Shown here piece by piece: positions 22,292 through 34,860 of a stretch of 64,000 bases of DNA. The number at the start of each line of letters is the position of its first letter. Within the stretch, counting starts at the first letter, position 1. The notes beneath the pieces are model-generated. The model was not told where the DNA came from and searched no databases. It saw only the letters and a program-made list of their open reading frames with translations. Made by a program: the position numbers and the translations under genes. Origin of the DNA: Lepidodermella squamata (taxonomy: Eukaryota; Animalia; Gastrotricha); assembly GCA_047495785.1 (NCBI GenBank), contig JBLDXI010000019.1, forward strand, positions 1,488,001 to 1,552,000, read 5' to 3'.

Positions 22292-25200
22292 TTAGTAAAC
22301 CATGACGCGTCCGAAAACCATGGCGCCAGTGCCGTCTTTCTCAACGGAGACATATCGGCCCTGAAGAGGCGGCGTGCAGTGGGCTGTTATTGCCTGGCTG
22401 GGAATCGGCATCGGAGCCCGCAGGCCATCTGTCCAGATGTCACATACGGCGTTTGGCGACAGCGATGTAGCGGCATCAGTGTTCCCCACTCTGAATGTAA
22501 GCCGCATCGATGCGATGTCGTTATCTGCTGGCCAACCCCCGGCGATAGCCACGAGAACTACTTTCGAAACATACTGGTTAACCCCTAGATCTACCTGGAG
22601 CCACCATGCCGCCGGGAAGATTGCTGCTGCGTTAGGTTGTCCCGGCGTCGTGAGGCCAATCAAAGTGCTGGCACTTATCGATGAAACATTCGTTGTCACT
22701 GTTTTATATGCTGCGAAATCGGTAGAGTTATCACTGTAGATCCTAATCTGGCAGATCTCCATTGGATTTTCATTTGCCCCCATTGCAGTGACGTAACGAG
22801 CAGTGACTGGCTTCAAGCACGGGATGGCGACCGTGCTTCCATACCGTAGCTTGGGATAGAGTAGATATGGGCTTCCGCAAACTTCCTGATTTTCTACTGT
22901 AGCAGCTGTCGGCGGAGAGTTGCCAAGCCTGACACCCAGATAGTTGGACGCCACCGAATATTCAGGATAGCTGCAGCCTTTGAAGCCAAATCGCCCTGTT
23001 GGGAAGTTGAAGAATTCGTCGATGTAGAGCCTCACTGCCTGTGTGACGACAACGGGTTTAAGATAGTTGATCATGGGATTAGGATTCATAGCTGCATTTG
23101 GTCCATCGAAAATGCGAATGCGAGATCCGTTGTTTCTGAAGGTGTAAGCAGTCCATATATTCGCATCAAGAGAAGTCATCAGGTGGAATTTCGTGATCCA
23201 GGCAGTTTTTGCATTATTACACTGTACAAGAACTGTAGTGACGATTTTCGAACCTGGGAACTTCGCTTGATAGTACAGTTCTGCATCGGTAGGCAAGGGA
23301 ATCCAATCGGTTGAATAATTGATTTCGGGTCTAACGTTAGTGACTTGCCCATTGCTGTTTGACGAAACTGCGTCGGAGGCGTACCAGTCAACCAAGTCTC
23401 CCCGGCAGAAGAAATCTGAAGAAATTGCGGCTTGTTGAATACACAGAAGTTTAAAGCAATAATAACATTTACCTGGACATCCTCGCAGCATGAATCTCAT
23501 ACCTATTCCTCCTGACCAAGCCGCTGGATAAATTCTCATTCTCCTACCGAACAGAGGAGGCCGGAAGTAGTTCCACACAACTGTATCTGCATCTGTGTTA
23601 CCATTGAAATACTTAAATTCAACAGTTGAATTATTTTTTGTCAGCGAAAAAGCTTTACATAAATACCTTGACGGAAGGCTCTTTTCCAGGTATGTATGCC
23701 GGAATGTACCTGAAAACCGTTGAATACACAACAACCCAGAATTTTGTGACAAAATAGCCAGTGGAGTAGTCGCCTTGTGTTCCGATTGACGTCACTGTGA
23801 CTGTTTCTGCCAAATCTATTTGAAAATTTTGCCCTGCATCCGTAGTGGCCAGTTGTAGACAGCAAGAAACGGATCCAGGTGTGTTTGCGTCCCCTATCCA
23901 TCTGCCGTTGAGGCGATGCTGGTTGAAATTGACATTTGCGGGTGATACATAAGTTGCTGAGCCAGTAACCGTGGACTTGGATGACAGATCGATTTCGCAT
24001 GTATGTCCTTGAACTATTACGTCCATTTACAATTGAGAAACATAGCTAAATATCTTGTATTTTAATCCAACTCACGCATGGTTGGGCCAGGACACGCGGT
24101 AGCGATTTCCGCAGCTAAATATTGATTTACAGCGCCCTGGTAAATTGCAAGACAAGCGTAGTCGCCGTTTGCCCTGTAGCTGTAATACGAATCCCTTCCG
24201 AGGTAAAACCGTCCTGTGAGAACATATCGCGAATTCACTGGCAAGTTAGCAGATGTCATTGTAGCTCCGTCTAAATAGCCGCGGAATTTCAAGGTTGACA
24301 TGTCGACGGTAATCATGTGATGCTGCCACGTATTGAACGGGCTTGTCGCATTAACCACTGTTGCTGGCTGGATTGCATTTTCAACTCCATTAACAGTAGT
24401 TAAAGCTTGATAGAACATGTTTCCGGGCGTTGTCAATCGAATAAGATACCATGGATCGTAAGTAGAGCCACTTATTTTGTCGATATTCAAAATCGGAATG
24501 CTAACCGCATTGGCCGTTTCTCGACTGTAATAGAATACGCCAGCGGTATAGGAAGTGGTATTAGAAGTAGTTCCATAGCCGACCAGCATATTTGCCTGCG
24601 AAGAGTAGTAAAAATTTGACCAGCTTACATTTGCATGCAAGCTCGAAGTTTCATTCGTAGAATAAGGGAACGTGGGTGCCAAAAAATAGCCATTGGACGC
24701 CGTCCATGGCATCGTATTGTCATCGATGCCTCCTCTTCCAAACGACCCGTCCAATGGCGAGTTGAACGCAGACATCATATCCGGCGCAGATGTCAAGGGG
24801 CATCGCCTCAACGAGTAGATCTGCTTACGGGTTAGTACGGTTCCGTAGACTAGTAAACAGGCGATATCAATTCCCGGTAGACCGCCGATTCTGAATACAT
24901 TGGTCGATGTTTCGAGGCTTATCGAGCAAACCAAGTTAGCCGAAGCCACAACTTCGCCATCTAGGTATATTTGAAGATTTGGGGAGTTTGTAGGATGGTA
25001 CCACAACGCAACATGGGCCCAGTTTTTCAAAATCAAACGTCTTGCCGACGTGATTGTCTGACTTACAGCTTGGTTCTGGCATTTGGCGTAAACCGTAAGA
25101 TAATTATTTTGAATGCCCAGAGTAACAGTTGCATTCGTTGTAGAGTAAAACCAGCCCATGACTGTTCCGTTGTTACTGGAAGTCACGTTGAGTTGTAGTA

Positions 25201-27954
25201 GCACTGTAAAGGCAGACTGCAGGCTCAGAGCATTCGCGGGCGCTAATGTGATCGGCATCTCCAAGTAGTCTCCTGTAGACTGAAAGCTCCAAGAGCTGCA
25301 ATATTATATCCGCATTTCGTCAAGGCTGGAGTAGGTCACATCTCAAAACTCACGTCGAACTGAAACCGTAAATTTTCGAGCATATAGGATTTCCCACAGA
25401 TGTAAAGTTGGCACCGAAAGATACCAAGTCACTCAATGAGCAAGCTAGTGGAAATACAGCCACAGGTTGTGGGGCTGTTTTACAAATTCATAATGAGACT
25501 ATGCCTTTCAACGAGAGAAAGACTCAACTTTGCCATGGACAGAGACTAGCCTGTTCGATCTCGGAATGATCCAGGCCTCTTTTGTAGAACTGCATGCAGG
25601 CGATTCTACCGTTCCACGCCCCGTTCATCATGAAATACTGCGACAGTTTGAAAGCGTCGGAAGCGCAGCCGACTTGTGCGATTGCACGGTCCTGATTGTC
25701 GATGAAAATTCGTGCGATTCCACTGGAGCAGTCAACCGTCAGGGCAAAGAAAAACCATCGGTTTTGCGGTACCACGACGTCACTTTGAGGCCACGCCCAT
25801 GAAGTTGATGTGCTAGTTGAGTAGTCAACCTTGATAGCTCGATTGCTCGCAAGAATTTTAATGTTGAGCCGCATAGCCCTTAAAAATGCAGAATTACGTA
25901 TGACATATGCCTGAAGTAATGGAAATGGATAGCAAACCCGTTATTCATCATATTTTTCATCAGAAATACGTCGCTTGTGGCGGAAGTGTAGAATATCCAC
26001 ATAGCAAAGGTCCAGCCGTTTGAGGTGACCAAATTGTTGATGTTGGTCGTCCTAACTAAAGCATACCTATCCACGCCGCTCCATTGCAACGCCCCCATGG
26101 GCCGGCCGTCAACACCATCACCATATGTCAATTGGTTTGAGAAAACCGCATGGTTCCAATTCTCTGACATATCATCTCCCCCTCGCAAGATATCGAATAG
26201 CCAGAGACCATCCGGATTGAGAGTCACAAGCGGAGTCATGGTTGGAGACACAATCTCGACAGATGATATTGGCACGCTGGTTCCCAGGTCCACTGTTACG
26301 TAAGGACGTGCATTAGCGTAGCTTGGAAGGATACGGGTGCAGTTCTGTATATGCTGCATGCGAATAATCCTCGGCTTCGTTAAAACCGATGGGTCAGATA
26401 ATTTTGACATTGAGTTTGTATCGTAAGAGGATGCCGTGACCGTTGCATTCACAGCGATGTTTTTCAAGTAGCTAGGGATAGCTGTAAAATCAAGAATTAC
26501 TTATTTGTTAAAAGCCTTATTTACTACAAATGCATACTTTTACAGCCTAGCAATTCAACCCGATAACAGATCGCCGTTGAAAACGAAATAGGGACAACGT
26601 TGAAGAACTGTGCGACTACTGCAGTCGGGAATTTGATTGTAACCGGCGTGGATGGGTTTGTGTTCCCAGCAAATGCGCGATTTCCCGTTGAATCTTTGGC
26701 TTCCAACCATGCATCCGTCAGCTTGGCTTTGAACCTTATATAGAAGCTGGTGACCCACGCTGTTAGATTCTTGCAACCTTGTACTTCGATGCCGGTGACC
26801 ACCGTCTGCTTCCGGAGATCGATCAGCAAGTTCGAAGGGTTGTTTGTCAATGCCATTCCCCAATTAAGACGCTCGAAGAACGATGTTGCTGTTGCGCCAG
26901 GTGCAATTAGTTGGCTACTGCTGATTTCGCCGTTTTCAATGCCGAGAGGATCCATGCATTCCGCAGGGCAGCCATCAAACCGAAAACTCGCGCAGTAAGA
27001 CGTGCCATTGGCAACAGTCATTGTCATTTTCAAATAGCGTAGCAATGCTGGTTTCGAGAGCTGAAAGGTGACAGTTTGGCTCGGAACACCATTAATCAGC
27101 TAATTTTACATTCATTGACAAGCTTCAAGTTTCAGGTTTCATGTTATACATACCTTGGGCTGCCCATTTCCAGTAGTTAGTGGACGATAGTAGACGTCAT
27201 CTAGGCTTGAATCAACTTTGAACTGTGGAATGCATGACGCATCCACGCATTCGTACCATAGCTGTGTAAGCCAAACATATCTTTGCAGATCGACTTCGAA
27301 CCAGCTGCCAACAGGTGATCCTGAAGCGAAGCATGCTCGAGAGAGATGCCCGGCTGTAATCCTTCCAAAAGCAGGTACATCCGCTGGCAAGCTGACCGCA
27401 GAATTTGTAGTTGTAGAGCTCGAGCTATAACCAAGATCGCTGACATAGCTCGTGTCATAGTCGAGAGTTTCGGACGGGACGTTGAAGGCATTGGAATCGG
27501 CCGCCTTTAAGCAAGCAGATCGGTCAGCTCTATTTTTGATGACATCGAAGAACCAGGCGCCCTTGCAATCCTGCTTCTGAGAACGGCATTGAGATGATCT
27601 TCCAACCAAACTTTGTCCGCCGATAACGAACGCGGTGAAGTCTGAATCATCAACAAAATTCGCCAACGTCGAACCTTCTGGCGATATTGTGAACAGAGTG
27701 CATCCCTTGCTGCTTTTCTGGTGTTGAGCAGTTATACAGCGGTGGTCGTTCGTGCAAAGAGAAGCGCAAACGGATTCAACGCTTGCAGCCGTGACCCCAG
27801 CTATAGTGAAACTGTTAAGATTAGCCAAGCCACTGCTCGATGTTGGGCTGACTTTTTTCCCGGGGTATATCCTGTAGTGAGCCCCGCCTTCGCAATAATG
27901 AGCGAAGCCAAGTAGCAACAAGATCAAACTTGAAATGCGTGATCGTGGTGACAT
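22292..27954 (-). CDS. Large secreted multi-lectin protein, copy B
   Basis: Same nine-exon layout and domains as copy A. The apparent frameshift at ~25877 falls inside a 59-nt intron (60 nt in copy A). Confidence 0.8.
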
Positions 27955-28565
27955 ATTTTATGCTGTTTCACATTCGAGAATGTCTGGCATTTATTTTTTT
28001 GTCTTATTTTTTTGTCTAGAAGGCGACAGTTGCCTTCGGCGCTGCGCGAGGCGAGCCCCGTTTACAGACTCTTCCACTAAATAATTCCAAAGAGTATCCA
28101 TGGCGCAACGAAGCAATTTCTATCGGGTTTGGGAGAAACAATGAAACCGCCGAACATGGCTAAGTTTGAGAATTGTAAATTATTAAGTGTTGCAACCCTA
28201 TTTATTTTAAAGTAAGGCTGGGATATCGATCTGCAGAAACAAACAGGAGCAGCACGGAAAGTCAAAAAAGCTGCATACTTAATTTTGCAAAATGTACATT
28301 TGGATTGCAAAGAAAATGCCTCTGGATTGTATTGATAGTCGATAATCCGACAGTACTGTTCCGACTGTCGAATCAGTCACCTATTGAACTAATTCAAATT
28401 GCCCATTTATCTGTATCTTGATTTATGCCGCCAATTGGGAATTATTCATCGAAAACTAGGTCATTCTTTCGATAAAATTTCACTTTTCGACTATGCTACG
28501 GCTTACTGCTTGGTGTAATTGAGTAAGAGTAACTGCAATTAAAAAGGTTCGGCTTATTCTCGAGA

Positions 28566-28820
28566 TGACCGCAACAAATAATCAAACAACCAGATTCTTC
28601 GTTCTGCGAATGAAGCCATCATTTCTTCGTTCTGCGAATGAAGCCATCATTGATGGCTTCATTCGCAGAACGAAGAATCTGGTTGTTTTGGCGCGTCGTT
28701 AACGATATTATTTGTTGCGGTCAAAACAACCGCAACAATTTGTTGGTCAATTTGTTGGTCAACGCGCCAAAACAACCAGATTCTTCGTTCTGCGAATGAA
28801 GCCATCATAATGATGGCGCG
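28566..28820. repeat. Complex palindrome made of direct and inverted copies of a ~38-nt unit
   Basis: AAACAACCAGATTCTTCGTTCTGCGAATGAAGCCATCA occurs forward at ~28584, partially forward at ~28623, inverted at ~28651-28689 and forward at ~28770. Flanked by TGACCGCAACAAATAAT / ATTATTTGTTGCGGTCA. Confidence 0.9.
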
Positions 28821-29059
28821 TCGTTGGATATCCAAACTCCTCCGCAAAGTATCTAATTGCAGCCGAAAAAATGATTCGGCATAGCAAATTCATGGGCCCC
28901 GAATTCATGCGTAAAAGAGCCGCTAATGACCAACCTACGGCTGGCTTTCGTCTGGTGAAATCTGCTAATGAGAAACAGCCGCACAGCCGCTCCAATCAAG
29001 AGCTTACAACTTACATTGAACACCTTTCACTTCTTCTAATATTTTTTTGCTGAAATAAA

Positions 29060-31636
29060 ATGTTACATTATCTTGTCGGATTTATTATGTTAGCCTGCAT
29101 CGTTTCGCCTTCAGTACAATGGCGCCCGGGCGGGAAGGCGAAAACAACGCCGATGAATTCAGGTTCGATGAAATTTCGTGTGACCGGCAAAGTCGTCACT
29201 CCAACGCCGCCAACTGTGAGAACTACGCAACACGTCTGGAGATTCACGGCCAAGACGAGTACAACGATTTCAACTACTTTGAAGCCATTGACAACTATTG
29301 TGAAGCGAAGTGCGATGACAACAATTAATCAACCGCCGAATGATGAGCAGCCTTTCATCTGGAAAGAATCAGCAACAAATGACGACCGGAATTCTACGAA
29401 TGAAAAGCTCACTTTGCCGGTAGCAGAGGATTCTCTGAATACTACGACAGAAAAGCCTCTCCTTGGTGCAACTCGAACTGCGGACATTGATGAGCTATCA
29501 CGAATTACAAATTACGAATCTCCATCTTTAATAATGATGAATATCACGCTTGACCTTCAAATCAAGGAGGTGAGAATATTTTTCACGTAAAAAACGTGTC
29601 TTATTTATCTTCCTTAAAGCATGTAAATCGCACCAGAAGCAATTCTACAGCGGAAGAATTTGTGAATTGGATACCCAATAGTTCGAATAGTTCCGAAATC
29701 CAGGTGAAAAATGCGAATGATGTTCCAATTTTATATAAAGGTTTTCTATTTTTAGTCTCACGATTTTACGAATTGGATTTACGAATCTAATTTGACTGAA
29801 TTCGCGACGCAAAACGTTAGCGAGTTCAACGAGCCTGAGCCGGTTCCCGTGTCAATGAATGCAACTGTATTTGAGCCGCTAGCTGCTGTATCGGTGAGTG
29901 TAATTCAGCATTTTTTAACGCGTTTTCATTTCAATTTGTGACAGGCATCAACAAGCGTTGGAGATGAGCTTGGAGAGGTTACAACGGTTTTAACTGAAGT
30001 TGTGAATCCTGAGAATAATAACGCGGTATAATTATGAACAACATTTTTTTCTCATGGCCTTAATTTTCGATATATTTCTGTTGGTTCAGACGTTGAATTC
30101 GACTGAAGAAACGCTACAGACTGAATCTACCCCTGAGCTTATTGTCGAGGCTACGCTGGAGCCGGAAACTACCATCTTACCTTCAGTCGAAGATTCCACA
30201 ACCGAAGAGCCGCAGGTATGAATTTTCTTTGAAGCGAAAACTTATAAAGAAAACTTGGGCAGACCGTCATAGCAGCAAATAGCCAAAACAGCCAAAACAG
30301 CAAATGCGACAAAACGGCAACTTTTTCAACTTGCGACATAACAGCAGGAACATGATGCTTCTGTTACATTCTAAGTTTTTGCTGTTTTGTCGCAAAATAA
30401 AAAATGTGCTGTATTGTCGCATTCGCTGTTCTGCTGTTTTGTCGCCGTAACAAAACTTGGCATTCATGTAGAAAAGTTAGTTCAATCGGTGAATACTTTT
30501 ATTAGTGTATCGCATTCATAACCATTTGCAATATTTGCGGGGTAAAGTTTAACTTCGTCTAAATTATATTTTCTGCTAAAAAAAACATGGATCAGCCGCT
30601 ATAGTGATCAATTTTCAAATTTTTCGATTTGAAATTTTATCAAAAAGCCTGATTTTTCACTTATCTTGATCTTAATTCCTAACATTTTATCCCACCTTTT
30701 TAGCTGAAGGCTGAAAATATTGTTTCGAGTACCGGCGCATCAACCATCGTCCTAACCGCAACTGAAGACAGCTCATCAACTGCAGGAGTGGTTTCCAAGT
30801 CTGAAATTACAGAAAGCCAATCGCTAGAAGATCTCACAACCTCAGCCCCTCGGATAGAAAGTAACACGAGTAATGGCGAAACAACAACACCTCCAGATTC
30901 CATAGAAGGTAGTGGAAATACCGAGTCCTTTTTCAACACCACGACTACCCCGGCAGTGTTGACAACCGATTACTTGCAAAGTAACTCGGAGAAGGCGGTT
31001 TCTGAACGCACCGAAACAACGACTATCTTGAGAATTATACCTACTACTTTGCCGCCATTGGTGACTGATTCTGCGGATGGAAGCGGATCCGGAAATGGAA
31101 CTATTGCAGATTGGACATTGGAAGGAAGTGGATCCAATGAAACCGCCCATTCCACAACAACTACGGCTGTCAAGATCGAGACAGTCCCGGTGACTTATGT
31201 TATGACAACTAGCGCAAGCGAAGAAGCGGCTGTAACAACAATATCATTGACAGCTCAATCGTCGCCAGTCGCAGAAACGACTCAGATTACTAGTCATAAT
31301 GACCCGATTTCTCTGCCGACAACTGGCAATGACGAATTAGTAACCCAGCCGTCCGGTTTTATGACTGTTAATGACATGCGTACTCTTGTGGTGCATCTAG
31401 ACAAAGTATGTCCTACTTCAGATTCACTTATTGGCAAGCATCTCGAGCTTCTGTGCCTTGTGCGACACGGTAATGCACCGGCTATTGCTGATTTAATTGG
31501 CGATCTATCGTCCTCGTCGCTGTTCGATGAAGCGTATCACGGCGCGTCAGAATTAACGGCGCGTAAATTAGCCGCTTATCTCGACAACAGCGCTGTGTTG
31601 GAATTGATGGAGCGTGGTGATATCAAGTCAACTTGA
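29060..31636 (+). CDS. Secreted Ser/Thr-rich mucin-like glycoprotein with a C-terminal ankyrin-repeat-like segment
   Basis: Signal peptide MLHYLVGFIMLACIVSPSVQ; Thr/Ser/Glu-rich phase-0 exons with many N-x-S/T sites and several D/E-GSG motifs; C-terminus LCLVRHGNAPAIADLI...ELTARKLAAYLDNSAVLELM. Confidence 0.7.
30285..30445. repeat. Intronic fold-back built from GCGACAAAACAGCA-like units
   Basis: CAAAACAGCAAATGCGACAAAACGGCA...TTGCGACATAACAGCAGG against TTTTGCTGTTTTGTCGCAA...TGCTGTATTGTCGCATTCGCTGTTCTG. Confidence 0.75.
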
Positions 31637-31825
31637 TTGACGAAAATACGCACACTTGTCTTTAAAGACGATGAAATGTCGGAATAAAAAGTTCGATAGG
31701 AAACGCTTTTTTGTCTTATAGTGATTATTGTTTACTAAAAGAAATGACGTGGATTAATTATACACATTGGTTTAAATATTCGAAATTTGTTTGAAACTGG
31801 GTTGACCGAAATAAGTTCGAATTGT

Positions 31826-33394
31826 TCACAAAATCGTTGATGTAGATAGACTGCGGAGGTGTAGGCACAAATTGTTGTAGTCGAGAAAAACCCCGGTCGC
31901 AATAGGTTCAGCGAACAGACCAGGGTGATTCAAGGCTATTTTAGCCATAGCATCCACTCGAAATTCCTCAGCTAAAGCCAACTTATCGACCAAGCGTAGC
32001 AAGGCGTCTCGGCGAAACGCATCCGTGAACAGACTTTCGGACGGAATCGAGAGCATTGCCCTACCACAACCTGAGAAAAAAATTTAGAAAAAATTTAGAA
32101 AATTCTATTTTCTTACCTTGCTCAAAGCAAACTGCAAATAAGTAAGCCAGCTCTGCCATAGTTGGATTCCACGCGCTGAAATGCTGACAAATATCGCTTA
32201 AAATCTGAGCCGCAGCCTGAAAAATAATCGTGTTATTTTCCGAAGTTTCAGGCTTCGTTTCAAGTACCGAAAATTCAGGGAACAGCCATAAAAATCGCTG
32301 CGTATTATTTCCGAGAATCAGCGACTGGTTACTAGCCGCCATGCGGCAAATTTCAGCCGCGACTAATTTCCCACCGATTCGCGCGAATAGACAGCGCCGG
32401 TTGGCTAGATCCAACGTCGAGTAATTCGGCATTTCGTGAAAATATTTCGAAACGGCGGTTGCAATCAGGTCGAAATGCTCCATAACTACGCGCCACATTT
32501 CAACGCTAGTTGTCACGGCGTAATCCCGATTAACCACCGGCATCTAAAGGGGAAATAATTGAATCAACAATAGTCGAGTGACAAATAAGCCAAACCATAG
32601 CCAGTGAATTAGACAAGTTCGAATAGGCGCGGTAAATCGTATTTATGACGTCACCGTGAATCATGTTCGGCGAATTCGAGGGCTGAATGCTCATTGATAA
32701 TGGTGACGGTGCCGCGCAGGCCAATGGTGATGTTCCGAGTTGCGTTTCATACCGGAAAAAATGGCTTAGTTCCCGGCTTGGTGATTTTTCCAGTTTGACA
32801 TGACATGGAGATAGCAAATTATGCTCACTCCCGCCTGATGACGTTGTAGGCGAGGTTAGTGGAGATGGGTAATTAGCCGAAGCCGATTTCATGCCACTCC
32901 ATGAGACCGTCCGCGAAACTGGCTGGTGCAAGGGGCTCAAGTCCCCGTTTCGGCAATGTTTTTCTAATAATTCGAAATACAGGAATAATTTTGATGAATT
33001 TTAATAAAATTCCATACCAATCCCGGAGGCTATGCATTTATCGTATCGGCATTTCGGGCACGACATCCTCCAAACAAGGCCCGAACTGACTGCCGTAGCG
33101 TTTTTGTTGCCAACAATGCAGTTATTTGTGCCTGAGACGCATCGCAGCGACATTGGCGAGTTGTTTCCAACATTTTTCCGACGGCAGCGATAGAAAAATT
33201 TCTGAAAAATGATTCGAAATTTGTTGCTAGTTATGATGGTCCCTCAGTTAACCTTGCAGGCCTGGCAAATCGGAGTTGAGCTTGTTTGACCGTCCGTGAA
33301 CTCAAACTCGCAAACCTGTGATAGTTCATGCGATGCCTTGAATGAGTTTAAAATTTAGAATATATACAAAACTTACCACACAGCTTCTCATCAT
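31826..33394 (-). CDS. Divergent orphan nuclear receptor (C4 zinc-finger DBD plus LBD)
   Basis: Spliced translation MMRSCV|VCEFEFTDGQTSSTPICQACK|KFFYRC...CVSGTNNC...CPKCRYDKCIASGI. LBD signature YFHEMPNYSTLDLANRRCLF and helix PTMAELAYLFAV. The DBD exons are too short to appear in the ORF track. Confidence 0.8.
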
Positions 33395-34860
33395 ATCAGG
33401 AGCAGGTGAATCAATTTCAAATTCGACGATGGATGAAACAAACCTGCAACGGCAGATATGAACTGCTAGGAGATTGATTTTTTTTAATGAACAGTAATGA
33501 GACGTGATTTTTTGACAGCCTGTCGATATAACCAATCAAAAAAGCACCTGAGATAACTTTATTTTGTTTTACTGAATAAATTAAATTAAACACCTCAGAA
33601 GTCGTCACTTCTTCGAGCTATAAATTAACAGCTATTTAAGTGATAAATACTAAGTTTACAGGTATTATGATGCTAGAAGAGCCCATCATTCGATTCGATT
33701 TCAAATTATTAAATACAGTGATGGCATTTTTACTAAAACCGGCCAGTTTAACCGCGCTCATGATAAGGCATAACAATCAACAAGCTATAATAGCAATCAA
33801 CAATCAACAATCATTCGGAAATCACGATTGCCCTACTCCAATTTAATACTTGTTGCTTGAGATTGACGAATTCTCGCTCAATCTCTGTAAATTCGCCGAA
33901 GTCCACCGCTGGATAATAATGCGCCTAAAAAATTGAAAAATGCAATAAATTATCAAATTTGACAAGCTTATGTATACCTTTTTCCGTCTGCAGCTAAACT
34001 TGATTTTGTCAGGTTAATTTTCGAGTTGAAATCTACGCTTGAATAAGAAATAATGTGAATCGATTTAGTATTTATGATGCCCGAAATGCCCAGTTTTTCC
34101 TATAAATAATGATCATCAGTTTGAGTATTATTTGGGCAAATTAAAAATGTGATCGAAAGATATGAATAATCTAATAAGAATTTTACGAGGGAGCTAACAT
34201 TTTTCGCCAATAGTAATATTTGAAATTAGCTGCGTTGATTTTGACTAATTACAGAATAACATGGCTGTCTATAATACTCATCGCCACGAAACATGAAACG
34301 TGAAACCTCAAAAACTGCAAATTCCATCATCTGTAGATAAGTTGGGCAGTTTTTGAGCTACTGTTATTTGGCAAATTTTTTGCCGGTTAAATAGTATCTC
34401 GTAATTGGAATCTTACTCTGAACTGTTCAAACGTGATAGCGAGGGTGGTGATAATTAGCTCGGTCAGAATTTTTTACTTTTAATACGCGACTTTATAACG
34501 AATTCGCTGTTGATTTCGCATACCTGAGACGGCCCGAGGCGTTAGCGTGACGCAAAACATGAATCTTGGACCTTTTAGTATGTAGTACGGTGACACGAAC
34601 CTCAGACCTGACACTTTGTATAACAATTAGTCTTTTAACGAAACATTCCGTCCTAATTTTCCCACCTTTTCTGATGAATCATTGGCAAATGATTCTAGGG
34701 CAAAGTATAACGGCAGTGGATGTTAGGACGTTAGTAATGGCATATTTAACAAGTAAATACGTATAATTCAATTTTTCAAATGTAATCTAATTAACGTGAG
34801 GTAACTGGTGCAGTTATCTAGAGAGTAATCACGTACCCCTAGGCCAAGCATATGAAAAAT

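Larger units (their letters stand above)
21731..28299. repeat. Second unit of a ~6.6-kb direct tandem segmental duplication (first unit 11198-17770)
   Basis: Collinear match from CGACTGATCGTTCGATGC to TTAATTTTGCAAAATGTACAT in both units. Confidence 0.9.

Noticed and set aside
25870-25885. Apparent frameshift in lectin copy B
   Set aside because: The 1-nt indel lies in the pyrimidine tract of a 59/60-nt GT-AG intron present in both copies, so the spliced frame is intact.
28566-28820. CRISPR-like repeat array
   Set aside because: The copies are in mixed orientation without unique equal-length spacers, there are no cas genes, and the DNA is eukaryotic.
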